Shown here in pieces: positions 34,090 through 42,918 of a stretch of DNA of 64,000 bases. Source of the DNA: Actinomycetota bacterium (GTDB lineage: Bacteria; Actinomycetota; Actinomycetes; Actinomycetales; Microbacteriaceae). A model generated the notes under the pieces. The model was not told where the DNA came from. It was given only the letters and a program-made list of their open reading frames with translations, and made no database searches. A program made the position numbers and the translations under genes. The DNA is taken from assembly GCA_041178865.1 (NCBI GenBank), contig JBEGUL010000027.1:12152-76151 (forward strand). Direction: 5' to 3'. The first letter of the stretch is position 1, and each line of letters begins with the position of its first letter.

Positions 34090-34150
34090 GAGGGAAGTTT
34101 CGTAACTTCCGACCGTCGAACCTGATCTGGATCATGCCAGCGCAGGGAGG
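34063..34150 (+). ncRNA. TPP riboswitch
   Basis: GGGAG..P3..GCTGAGA, P3a, GAACCTGATCTGGATCATGCCAGCGCAGGGAG consensus. Lies upstream of a YkoE-type ECF operon; SD-sequestering hairpin at 34171-34198. Confidence 0.95.
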
Positions 34151-34202
34151 CATTCTCAACGAATAATCCCGTGCCCTCATTTCTATTGAAAGGGGCACGC
34201 AA

Positions 34203-34787
34203 GTGCACGCAACATCTGTTAACAAGTACCGCTGGCGCACCGTCGACATTGTCGTGGCAAGCGTTATTGGAGTCGCATCCGGAATCATCTTCTGGGCGTG
34301 GGGTTTGGCCTATGGGCCACTCTCTGCTGCTCTGTCGGCAACGCCAGGACTGACCGCCCTGCTGGGCGGCGGTTGGCTTTTTGCTGCCGTGCTCGGTGGA
34401 CTCATTGTGCGCAAGCCCGGTGCGGCTATCTACACCGAGCTCATTGCGGCTACTGTCTCCGCATTGATTGGAAGCCAGTGGGGATTTGGAACACTCATGT
34501 CAGGTCTGATCCAAGGTCTAGGCGCTGAGCTGGTCTTTGCCCTCTTCCTGTATGCCAACTGGAATGTCTTCACCGCCGTTTTGGCTGGCGCAGGAGCTGG
34601 TGTGGCCATGAGTATCAATGACCTGGTTGTCTGGTACCCCGGGGTTGATGCGGGTTTCCAGACTGTCTATGTCATCTGTGGCGTGATCTCCGGTGCCATT
34701 CTTGGCGGCCTCGTGCCGTGGTTCATCATGCGCGGGCTTGCCCGCGCCGGTGCACTCAGTAGATTCGCTGCGGGACGCCAGAACTAA
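34203..34787 (+). CDS. ECF transporter S component (YkoE-like, thiamine/HMP)
   Basis: WRTVDIVVASVIGV, IVRKPGAA..TELIAA, QGLGAELVF; under TPP riboswitch. Confidence 0.92.
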   Translation: MHATSVNKYRWRTVDIVVASVIGVASGIIFWAWGLAYGPLSAALSATPGLTALLGGGWLFAAVLGGLIVRKPGAAIYTELIAATVSALIGSQWGFGTLMSGLIQGLGAELVFALFLYANWNVFTAVLAGAGAGVAMSINDLVVWYPGVDAGFQTVYVICGVISGAILGGLVPWFIMRGLARAGALSRFAAGRQN

Positions 34788-36218
34788 GTGGCAACCCTTT
34801 CAGCACAGGGCTGGGGCTGGCAGTTCGCTGCCCGCCCAGCTCCTGCGTTGAAAAATATCTCTTTCGACATCACTCAGGGGGAGCGGGTGCTGCTTCTAGG
34901 GGCCTCTGGTGTGGGCAAAAGCACATTGCTCCGTGCAGTGGCAGGGGTCCTGGGTGAAGATGAGGGAACAGCATCGGGTGGCCTCACCCTTGACGGCAAC
35001 ACACCCGAGAGCTGCCGGGGAACGGTGGGTTTGGTTCTCCAAGATCCCGAGAACCAGGTCATCTTGGAACGGGTGGGAGATGACGTTGCCTTTGGCTGCG
35101 AAAATCTCGGCATTGACCGAGAAGAAATCTGGCACCGCGTTGACGAAGCACTCGGTCTTGTCGGCCTTGATGTTCCCCTAACTCGCTCCACATCCGCTCT
35201 CTCAGGGGGCCAGAAGCAGCGTTTAGCGCTTGCGGGAGTTCTGGCTATGAAACCAGGCATCATCGCCTTAGATGAGCCCACAGCAAATCTTGATCCAGCA
35301 GGCGCAATTGCTCTCAAGCACGCGGTCACCCAGGTGGCAGATGCCACAGGTGCCACCATCGTGATGGTCGAGCACCGGGTGGATCTGTGGTGGGACTTTG
35401 CCACCAGGATTATCGTTCTTGGGCCCAACGGAGTCCTGTGGGACGGAGCACCAAGCGCCCTCCCTGAAGAAACGGCATCAGTATTGGAATCAGCAGGTGT
35501 GTGGTTGCCCCACAAGCAGATTCACTCATCAACCCACCATGTTGGGTCAACGGTGTTGCTGTCTGCTCAAAATCTTCAAGTTGGATATCCCGGCAGCCCC
35601 ATGGTTTCCAAAGAAGTCAATATTCACGTTCGAGCAGGAGAGATTCTGGCCATCACCGGCCCCAACGGAGCTGGAAAGACGGCACTTGCACTGACGTTGG
35701 GTGGATTAATCCCGACGCAGTCAGGAGCGGTTATTGCTGCATCTGAATTACAAGGCTCAGCTTCTGGTATCACTCCTCTGAAGTGGCGCTCACGTGAATT
35801 GCTTTCTCGAATAGGAAGTGTTTTCCAAGCACCAGAGCAACAATTCATTGCTGCGACGGTGCGTGAAGAACTTGCCGCAGGGCCGAAGGCACTCAAGCTA
35901 CCTTCAGTCGAGGTTAAGAAACGGGTTGCTGAACTTCTCGAGCGACTGCACCTCACTGAACTCGCAGATGCCCACCCCTTCACTCTCTCTGGTGGTCAGC
36001 AACGCAGGTTGTCTGTCGGGACGGCGTTAGCAACGAAGCCCCAGCTCCTCATTTTGGATGAGCCCACCTTTGGCCAGGATGCGGTGACCTGGACTGAGAT
36101 GGTTTCACTTCTTTCTGAGCTGCGCGCAGAGGGGTGTGGCATCGTAGCCATCACCCACGATGCTGACTTTGTCGCAGCTGTGGCAGATACCGTTCTTGAA
36201 CTAGGTGGTGAGAAGTGA
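34788..36218 (+). CDS. ECF transporter duplicated ATPase (YkoD-like)
   Basis: Two Walker A motifs (GASGVGKS, GPNGAGKT), two LSGGQ signatures, LDEPT twice. Confidence 0.95.
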   Translation: MATLSAQGWGWQFAARPAPALKNISFDITQGERVLLLGASGVGKSTLLRAVAGVLGEDEGTASGGLTLDGNTPESCRGTVGLVLQDPENQVILERVGDDVAFGCENLGIDREEIWHRVDEALGLVGLDVPLTRSTSALSGGQKQRLALAGVLAMKPGIIALDEPTANLDPAGAIALKHAVTQVADATGATIVMVEHRVDLWWDFATRIIVLGPNGVLWDGAPSALPEETASVLESAGVWLPHKQIHSSTHHVGSTVLLSAQNLQVGYPGSPMVSKEVNIHVRAGEILAITGPNGAGKTALALTLGGLIPTQSGAVIAASELQGSASGITPLKWRSRELLSRIGSVFQAPEQQFIAATVREELAAGPKALKLPSVEVKKRVAELLERLHLTELADAHPFTLSGGQQRRLSVGTALATKPQLLILDEPTFGQDAVTWTEMVSLLSELRAEGCGIVAITHDADFVAAVADTVLELGGEK

Positions 36219-36973
36219 CCACCATCAGTCCGCTCGCCAAACTCTGTGCCTCCGGCATTTTGGGTGTGGTTCTTCTGCTCTCTTTGGATCCCGTTTCCGC
36301 CATGGTCGCGTTGCTCTTCGAGCTTGCACTGCTGCCGTGGGCAGGTGTGCCCGCTCGAAGACTGCTCAGGATTCTGATTCCCTTGCTGATTGCGGCCCCT
36401 TTTGCTGGATTGGCTACCCTGCTTTATGGTCGTGGCGTGGGAGAAGTACTCGTTGTACTGGGGCCCTGGGAAATAACTTCGGGAGAAGCAGAGCTTGCTC
36501 TAGCCATCACCCTTCGAGTGCTGGCCGTGGCATTGCCCGCAGTTGTACTTTTTGCCACAACAGATCCGACTGATCTGGCAGATGGTTTGGCCCAGCTCTG
36601 GAAACTTCCTGCTCGATTTGTTATTGGGGCGTTGGCAGCTATCCGCATGCTGGGCTTAATGCGCCAGGACTGGCACATGTTGCGCCTAGCCCGCCGAGCA
36701 CGTGGTGTTGCGGATGGTGGTGGACCTATTGCCGCTCTAGTTCGTCTGGGTAATCAAGCACTAGCACTGCTGACCATCGCTGTGCGCAGGGGAAGCCTGC
36801 TGGCCACGGCAATGGAAGCACGAGCTTTTGATGCCCCGGTCACGCGAACGTGGGCCCGTGAAGCAAAGTTCACTGCTCGAGATGGCTGGTTTGTTTGTGG
36901 TGCTGCGGTTATCGCAATAATTGCTGTCATGATGGCGGTTATGACAGGAGCGTGGAACTTTGTTATCTCCTGA
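36215..36973 (+). CDS. ECF transporter T component (YkoC-like)
   Basis: TTDPTDLADGL, ARRARG and AMEARAF motifs. Confidence 0.93.
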   Translation: MTTISPLAKLCASGILGVVLLLSLDPVSAMVALLFELALLPWAGVPARRLLRILIPLLIAAPFAGLATLLYGRGVGEVLVVLGPWEITSGEAELALAITLRVLAVALPAVVLFATTDPTDLADGLAQLWKLPARFVIGALAAIRMLGLMRQDWHMLRLARRARGVADGGGPIAALVRLGNQALALLTIAVRRGSLLATAMEARAFDAPVTRTWAREAKFTARDGWFVCGAAVIAIIAVMMAVMTGAWNFVIS

Positions 36974-37544
36974 CTTTTCCCAGATTCTTGACCATATGCA
37001 TCAGCAGGCATCGGCCTATGAAACTGCGAACATTAACAACCCCCACGCACCTGCACCTACTTTCTTGATTGATGGCCCTAGCGGGTCAGGCAAAACCACC
37101 CTGGCTTCTGAAATTGAGAAGCACTGGAACTCGACATCACAGCTCCAAGTAATTCATATGGATGATCTCTATCCCGGGTGGGATGGATTGGCGCAGGGAG
37201 CAGAAAAAGCCATGAACTTGCTGCGCGAGAGAGCTACCGGTGTTGATACGCAGTGGCAGCGTTATGACTGGGAAACGGAGGTATTCGCTGAATGGCATTC
37301 AGTTGATGCCCGGGAGCCTGTGCTCATTGAAGGCTGTGGCTCTCTGTCTGCAGGGACTGAATTATTGTCCCAAGCGCGTATTTGGCTGGATGCAGACACG
37401 GAGCTTCGTAGGGAAAGAGCACTCTCACGTTCAGGGGAAAACTTTGCAGAGCACTGGACTCAGTGGGATGCGCAGTTTGAGAACTTTGTTTCTCTCCACA
37501 ACCCGCAAGCCCTAGCGACATTGCACGTCCTCGCAAGCGAGTAA
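36960..37544 (+). CDS. P-loop nucleoside kinase-like protein (uridine kinase-like)
   Basis: IDGPSGSGKTT, HMDDLYPGWDGL, YDW, LIEGCG. Confidence 0.8.
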   Translation: MLSPDFSQILDHMHQQASAYETANINNPHAPAPTFLIDGPSGSGKTTLASEIEKHWNSTSQLQVIHMDDLYPGWDGLAQGAEKAMNLLRERATGVDTQWQRYDWETEVFAEWHSVDAREPVLIEGCGSLSAGTELLSQARIWLDADTELRRERALSRSGENFAEHWTQWDAQFENFVSLHNPQALATLHVLASE

Positions 37545-37553
37545 TCTTGTCTT

Positions 37554-37814
37554 ATGACTACACCAGATCACACAGACGTCTACTTCACCGCTGAGTTCAT
37601 TGACGGTCCTCTTGCAGGAACCGCTGAAGAGCGCGTACTCGTTCGTGGAACCCACGACGAAAAGCTCAGCGAGGTTGCCCTCGTCGACGGTATTGAATCC
37701 ATCTTCCGCTATTTCGCAGTAGACACTCGCGAGGTTGCAGGCAAGCTTCACGTTCGTTACACCTTCAACGCTCCCGCAAGCGACACATTCACTTCAGAAG
37801 ACGAGAACGAGTAA
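37554..37814 (+). CDS. Small acidic hypothetical protein
   Basis: 86 aa, host-like codons, FIDGPLAG motif, own -10 and terminator. Confidence 0.75.
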   Translation: MTTPDHTDVYFTAEFIDGPLAGTAEERVLVRGTHDEKLSEVALVDGIESIFRYFAVDTREVAGKLHVRYTFNAPASDTFTSEDENE

Positions 37815-37833
37815 CACCCGTCTCCTAGACATA

Positions 37834-37870
37834 CACAAAGGCCCAGAGCGAAATGCTCTGGGCCTTTGTG
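37834..37870. terminator. Bidirectional terminator hairpin between convergent genes
   Basis: CACAAAGGCCCAGAGC-GAAAT-GCTCTGGGCCTTTGTG perfect 16-bp stem. Confidence 0.85.
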
Positions 37871-37885
37871 ATGGGGCACGGAGGT

Positions 37886-38389
37886 TTAGTCAGTTTCGTC
37901 AGGCTGAGTAAGTGCTGCAGCAATCTTGTGAATCTCATGGGCCTGCGCTGTTGAAGCGCGGCTAACCGCAACGAACACAGCGGATGCAACCGCGACAGCA
38001 ATTCCAGCCCAGAGATATCCGGCAATAACAGAGAAGGTGATCACAGCGGCAAACAAGATGACACCGGCAACAACGCCAAAAACTTTTGCGCGGAGAAGTT
38101 GCTTGCGTGCTGTCTTGTCATAGTTTTCAGCAAGGAGAACCAGGCCAGAGTTGGTCTCTGGTTCCACAACGGGGGTTTCTTCTGCTTCTTCCAAATCGGG
38201 GAAGGTAAGTGAAGAGTCACGCAGGATCTTGACGAATCTCTCGGGGATAGTGGTGCTGAAATCCACTGGCTCCAGAACATAGTTGGGATCAGAGCGGTAT
38301 TCGTTACGAGACTGGAACTCTTTGAGGAGACGGTCCAGGTTGTCACCGTTCTCAACGGTGTCATCATTATTGACGCTTTTGCGTGCCAC
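37886..38389 (-). CDS. Hypothetical membrane protein (acidic N-terminus, two C-terminal TM helices)
   Basis: 167 aa ORF, AGGGGG RBS before GTG. Confidence 0.7.
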   Translation of the reverse strand: MARKSVNNDDTVENGDNLDRLLKEFQSRNEYRSDPNYVLEPVDFSTTIPERFVKILRDSSLTFPDLEEAEETPVVEPETNSGLVLLAENYDKTARKQLLRAKVFGVVAGVILFAAVITFSVIAGYLWAGIAVAVASAVFVAVSRASTAQAHEIHKIAAALTQPDETD

Positions 38390-38495
38390 GGTGTTGCCCC
38401 CTATTAAACAAGTTCTCCAAAACTATACAGGGGAAAACACCTGTTTATTAAGGTAGCTAACCCTTTTGGGGCTGAGGGAAGGCAATGAGAAAACA

Positions 38496-38524
38496 AAAGC
38501 CCGGAGCGGTGTGCTCCGGGCTTT
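38496..38524 (-). terminator. Terminator downstream of tRNA-His
   Basis: AAAGCCCGGAGC-N5-GCTCCGGGCTTT with U tract on the minus strand. Confidence 0.85.
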
Positions 38525-38532
38525 CATTTACT

Positions 38533-38609
38533 TGGGGTGAGTAACGGGCATCGATCCCGCGACCTCCTGAACCACAATCAGGCGCTCTACCAACTGAGCT
38601 ATACCCACC
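38533..38609 (-). tRNA. tRNA-His (GTG)
   Basis: G(-1)GTGGGTATAGCTCAGTTGGTAGAGCGCCTGATTGTGGTTCAGG...TACTCACCCCA; C discriminator, encoded CCA. Confidence 0.95.
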
Positions 38610-38685
38610 ATGTTGTGCTTCCGACGAATCGGCAACTCAATAATCTTACACGTTCTGCCCGGAGGCAAAAATTGACAGAAGAAGC

Positions 38686-39300
38686 TTATGCAGAGTGCTT
38701 CGTGACGATGTCGGCAGAGATCTTTCCTGCTTCTTCGCTGTTGGGGCCGGGCTCTGCCACGAGGAGTGCCTGGCGGTAGTAATCAAGCTCACGAATCGAC
38801 TCTTGAATGTCTGCAAGGGCACGGTGACCGCCGTCTTTGCTGGGGGAGTTGAAGTAGACGCGGGGATACCAGCGACGAGCAAGTTCCTTTAATGAGGAGA
38901 CGTCGATGTTGCGGTAGTGCAGTCGGGAATCAACCTCTGGCATGTAACGAACGATGAAGGCACGGTCGGTGCCAATGGAGTTCCCACACATCGGTGGCTT
39001 CTGTCCCTCAGGAACGTGCTCGTTGATATATGCCAGAACCTGAGTTTCTGCGTCCTTGAGCGAAACCCCGTTTGGAATCTCTTCAATCAGACCAGAGCTC
39101 TTGTGCATGTTCGTAACGAATTCACCCATGTTCTCCATGGCGGACTGGCTGGGGTTGATCACGATGTCGAAACCCTCGTGAACAGGGTTGAGTTCGGAGT
39201 CCGTGATGATCACGGCTACCTCAACAAGTTCGTCCACCTCGAGGTTGAGACCGGTCATTTCGCAGTCAATCCAGACCATGTACTCATTCGGTGTTCCCAT
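38686..39300 (-). CDS. orn: Oligoribonuclease
   Basis: VWIDCEMTGL, MHKSSGL, GNSIGTDRAF, LHYRNIDVSSLKELARRW, HRALADI. Confidence 0.98.
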   Translation of the reverse strand: MGTPNEYMVWIDCEMTGLNLEVDELVEVAVIITDSELNPVHEGFDIVINPSQSAMENMGEFVTNMHKSSGLIEEIPNGVSLKDAETQVLAYINEHVPEGQKPPMCGNSIGTDRAFIVRYMPEVDSRLHYRNIDVSSLKELARRWYPRVYFNSPSKDGGHRALADIQESIRELDYYRQALLVAEPGPNSEEAGKISADIVTKHSA

Positions 39301-39328
39301 GCCTCAATTCTAGGCGTGCCCACAGACA

Positions 39329-39362
39329 AAGATTCCCTGACCAATGCAGGCCAGGGAATCTT
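39329..39362 (-). terminator. Terminator after aldehyde dehydrogenase
   Basis: AAGATTCCCTG...CAGGGAATCTT stem. Confidence 0.75.
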
Positions 39363-39380
39363 GTGTGCTCGTGAACTGAA

Positions 39381-40751
39381 TTACTTCAGAATGCGGATGA
39401 GCTTACGGTTGACAAACTCTTCGATACCGAAACGTCCCAGCTCACGGCCGAAACCAGAACGCTTGATACCACCGAAAGGAAGCTCAGGGCTGTCGAGACC
39501 AACACCGTTGACGTAAACCATGCCGGCTTCAATCTGGTCAGCTACGCGCATGACCTGATCCTTGTCAGTGGAGAACAGGTAGGAGCCAAGACCAAAAGGA
39601 GTGTCGTTTGCGAGCTCTATTGCTGCTGCTTCATCCTTGACCGAGTACACAATGGCAACAGGACCAAAGAACTCTTCGTGGTGAGCGTCCATGCCTGGCT
39701 TCACATCTGTGAGAACGACACCGGAGAAGTAGGTTCCGCTGCGGTCACCGCGAGCGTGCAAGGTTGCACCCTGCTTCACTGCACGAGAGACCTGCTCTTC
39801 GAGACCGTCTGCAGCACCAGCTGAAGAAAGAGGACCGAGGTAGGTACCTTCATCCATGGGGTTAGAAGGAGTCATCTCGAGCATCTTGGCGGTGAACTTC
39901 TCCAAGAACTCGGCATAGAGGCTCTCGATCACGACAAAACGCTTGGCTGCGTTGCAGGCCTGGGCGTTGTTGTCGTTACGACCAGCAATAGCTGCCTCAA
40001 CGGCAGAATCCATGTCATCTGTGCTCAGCAAAATGAAGGGGTCAGATCCACCAAGCTCAAGAACGACTTTTTTGAGGTAGCGACCAGCTGTTTCTGCCAC
40101 TGCAGCACCCGCGCGCTCAGAACCAGTGAGAGAAACCCCCTGAACTCGATCGTCAGCAATGACGCCTTCGATTTGCTTCGAGTCTGCATAGAGGTTTTGG
40201 TAAGCACCGGCAGGGAAGCCAGCGTCATTGAAAATCTGCTCCATGGCTGCTGCAGACTCAGGGCACTGTGATGCGTGCTTGAGCAGGATGGTGTTTCCCA
40301 GCACCAGGTTGGGGCCAGCGAAGCGGGCAACCTGGTAGTAAGGGAAGTTCCAGGGCATGATGCCCAGCAGAACACCGAGAGAAGAACGACGAATGAAGGC
40401 TTCGCCTTCACCATCGAACTCAGGTATTGCTTCGTCAGCAAGGAACTTCTCGCCGTTGGTGGCATAGAAAGAGTAGATGTCAGCGGTGAAGTCGACTTCA
40501 CCGAGTGCCTGCTCGTAAGGCTTGCCCATCTCGCGGACGATGGTTTCTGCCAGCATTTCGCGGCGGTCGCGGTGAAGCTGTGCAACCTTCTCAATGAGTT
40601 CTGAACGCTCGGCAACAGTAGTGGTCTTGGACCATCCCTGGTGAGTCTTGTGAGCAGCGTCAATAGCTGCAGTGATCTGTGCATCGGTGGCCTGGGCAAA
40701 TGGTGCGCCAGCTTCTCCGGTTGCGGGGTTAGTAACGATGTAGTTGCTCAT
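39381..40751 (-). CDS. NAD(P)-dependent succinate-semialdehyde dehydrogenase-like ALDH
   Basis: [53 protein letters not shown]. Confidence 0.92.
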   Translation of the reverse strand: MSNYIVTNPATGEAGAPFAQATDAQITAAIDAAHKTHQGWSKTTTVAERSELIEKVAQLHRDRREMLAETIVREMGKPYEQALGEVDFTADIYSFYATNGEKFLADEAIPEFDGEGEAFIRRSSLGVLLGIMPWNFPYYQVARFAGPNLVLGNTILLKHASQCPESAAAMEQIFNDAGFPAGAYQNLYADSKQIEGVIADDRVQGVSLTGSERAGAAVAETAGRYLKKVVLELGGSDPFILLSTDDMDSAVEAAIAGRNDNNAQACNAAKRFVVIESLYAEFLEKFTAKMLEMTPSNPMDEGTYLGPLSSAGAADGLEEQVSRAVKQGATLHARGDRSGTYFSGVVLTDVKPGMDAHHEEFFGPVAIVYSVKDEAAAIELANDTPFGLGSYLFSTDKDQVMRVADQIEAGMVYVNGVGLDSPELPFGGIKRSGFGRELGRFGIEEFVNRKLIRILK

Positions 40752-40857
40752 ATCCACTCCTATGTGGCACTAGATGGTGTTGTTTCGATGATAACCGTTT
40801 GGAGCCTAATAGAAACAGGGGAGAAGACAGTTCTCAGCTGTTTCATGGCATAAAGAG

Positions 40858-40930
40858 TCCCCCCGGCAGGAATCGAACCTGCGACCAAGAGATTAGAAGG
40901 CTCTTGCTCTATCCACTGAGCTACGGAGGG
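40858..40930 (-). tRNA. tRNA-Arg (TCT)
   Basis: CCCTCCGTAGCTCAGTGGATAGAGCAAGAGCCTTCTAATCTCTTGGTCGCAGGTTCGATTCCTGCCGGGGGGA; CCA not encoded. Confidence 0.95.
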
Positions 40931-40984
40931 TTGGAAATCCCTAGTTTATCCTGCGTGTGAATTCCTTCTCAGCGCAGTAAAGCT

Positions 40985-41476
40985 TTAGCTCTGGTTTTTC
41001 CCAACTGGAGGCTTTGGCCCTTTATCTTTTTTCGTTGCGAAAGCAAAGAGGGCAAGACCGACAACAATTGCTCCAGCGCCGATTCCGTAAGACATGACAT
41101 CAGATGCCCGATTGGAATCGACCATCACTCCAACAAAGATGACCGCGATGATTGCCACTACAACGCCAATCAGTTTTGATTTGAGGTCATCGAGGTCGCG
41201 AACCTGAAGCCAATGTGGCACATCGATATCTGCATCAACAAAAAGCTCGTAGAGGCCGTAACCGATAACCAGAAGTACTGTTCCCAGCAAAATAGCGTCC
41301 ACGGCGGTCAGAACAGCAACGCTGGTGTCCTTGAGATATGACCCGAAGAAGACAGTGTCAATAATGGCTTTCACCATTGCTACTGATCCTTGAAGCATGA
41401 GCAAGATTGCTCCCAGCATGGAAGCAATTGCGGGGATGATTACCGCATATCTGGTAGATCCAAGGATTTTTCGCAT
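40985..41476 (-). CDS. YqhA (UPF0114) family membrane protein
   Basis: DAILLGTVLLVIGYGLYELFV, WLQVRDLDDLKSKL. Confidence 0.88.
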   Translation of the reverse strand: MRKILGSTRYAVIIPAIASMLGAILLMLQGSVAMVKAIIDTVFFGSYLKDTSVAVLTAVDAILLGTVLLVIGYGLYELFVDADIDVPHWLQVRDLDDLKSKLIGVVVAIIAVIFVGVMVDSNRASDVMSYGIGAGAIVVGLALFAFATKKDKGPKPPVGKNQS

Positions 41477-41601
41477 GTGAATAATGCTACCCGGCTGAGT
41501 ATTGAGCCCAGCAGAAGTAACTCACTTATTCTGATTCCTCATGTGAGAGTAAGCATGTTGTGAATTGATCGGACCATGAGTGCCCTCGATAGGGTTGCTC
41601 T

Positions 41602-41943
41602 ATGGACAACGAAACAATCGAGGTTGTAGGCAAGATCACTCACACCTACCTCTTTGTCCTCCATGACGGTGAATCTGTTCATCGCAACATTGCCACCAAG
41701 ATGGTCGCCGAAGAACTTGGGCTTATTGATGACGCGTCCAAGAAAGAAATTGTAGAGCTGGCTCAAGAAAAGCTGATGCCTTTCCTGGATGTGCTTCTGG
41801 ACTCTGGTTTCTTACTTTCTCGCCCGCAGAAAGAAGTCATGATTGCGCCCAAGGGCTTGGATGCACTCATTGATAACGAAGGAACATTCTCGAAAGAGTT
41901 CCTTGAGGCTCAGATGCCACTCGCACTGGCTACTGAGCTGTAA
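41602..41943 (+). CDS. Hypothetical protein resembling a stand-alone Mrr N-terminal winged-helix domain
   Basis: L..LHDG...VAEELGL...L..SGFL..P....IAPKG..AL......F...FL..Q.P pattern; TAGGGT -10 six nt before ATG. Confidence 0.6.
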   Translation: MDNETIEVVGKITHTYLFVLHDGESVHRNIATKMVAEELGLIDDASKKEIVELAQEKLMPFLDVLLDSGFLLSRPQKEVMIAPKGLDALIDNEGTFSKEFLEAQMPLALATEL

Positions 41944-42897
41944 CTAGTTTTTTCGAGTGAGGATCGCACCTGTAGTGGTCGCGAGGTCAAGGTCAAGAAC
42001 CTTGCCAGCTCGCGCTGTCTGTGCCAGAACAATACCTGCGGTCACAATCAGTGCACCCAGGATTTGAATCAAGCTGAGTGATTCTCCTAGCCACAGCCAG
42101 GCCACGATGAAGGCAAAGATAACTTCAGAAGACGCAACGATTCCTGCTGAGGTGGCGGGCAAAAGGCTCAATGACTTGAAAGACATATAGAACGCCACAA
42201 AAGAACCCATTGTGAGGATCCAGAGCAACGGTGCCCACAGCGGAACGTACACGGCAGCAAGAGACCCAGTTAGTGAAATGGATTTGCTGAACATGGAGAA
42301 GTCCATCTCTTGCCAGCCGCTGAAGAATAACCAGAACACCGAAGCAAAAAGCATTGACCAGAAGGTCATCGCCACAACATTCATGCCCTTGAGTGCGCGC
42401 TCACCAATGAGGAAGTAGATCGTGTACGAAGCGGCGGCGATGAGAGCAAAGATCATCCCCAAGCCATCAACACTCGAGTTCCACATCTCTGCCACAACAC
42501 CTAAGCCGATGAGAACAAGAACAATGGCCACCCACAGTCTGGCGCGAACTTGTTCTTTGAAAAAGAATCGCGCAATAACAGCAACTGCTAGAACAGCTAG
42601 GTATTCAAAGAGCAGTGCGATTCCCACAGGAATGCGCTCAATGGCGAGGGCATAGAACCACTGCAGCATGGCAACACCGAGGACACCAAGTGCTGCCATG
42701 GCCAATAAACGCTTGAAGCTGATTTTGAAAGCAGTACGTTCCGTGAACAACAACAGGATGCCGGCAACAACCATTGTCGCGGTGGCACGGAAAAAGGTCA
42801 TCTGGGCTGCAGTTACCCCCTCAGAGAGGACGAGTTTGACCACGCTTCCGTTTGAACCAAACAAGAGCGCGGCGAGGAAGCCGATGACGTAACCCAT
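41944..42897 (-). CDS. EamA/DMT family transporter
   Basis: About ten TM helices; PVGIALLFEYLA, SEVIFAFIVAWLWLGESLS. Confidence 0.92.
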   Translation of the reverse strand: MGYVIGFLAALLFGSNGSVVKLVLSEGVTAAQMTFFRATATMVVAGILLLFTERTAFKISFKRLLAMAALGVLGVAMLQWFYALAIERIPVGIALLFEYLAVLAVAVIARFFFKEQVRARLWVAIVLVLIGLGVVAEMWNSSVDGLGMIFALIAAASYTIYFLIGERALKGMNVVAMTFWSMLFASVFWLFFSGWQEMDFSMFSKSISLTGSLAAVYVPLWAPLLWILTMGSFVAFYMSFKSLSLLPATSAGIVASSEVIFAFIVAWLWLGESLSLIQILGALIVTAGIVLAQTARAGKVLDLDLATTTGAILTRKN

Positions 42898-42918
42898 AAC
42901 TCTTACTAATCTAGGGGT

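Noticed and set aside
40812-40844. Imperfect inverted repeat between tRNA-Arg and the aldehyde dehydrogenase
   Set aside because: It could be a weak terminator or an operator; the sequence alone cannot distinguish them.
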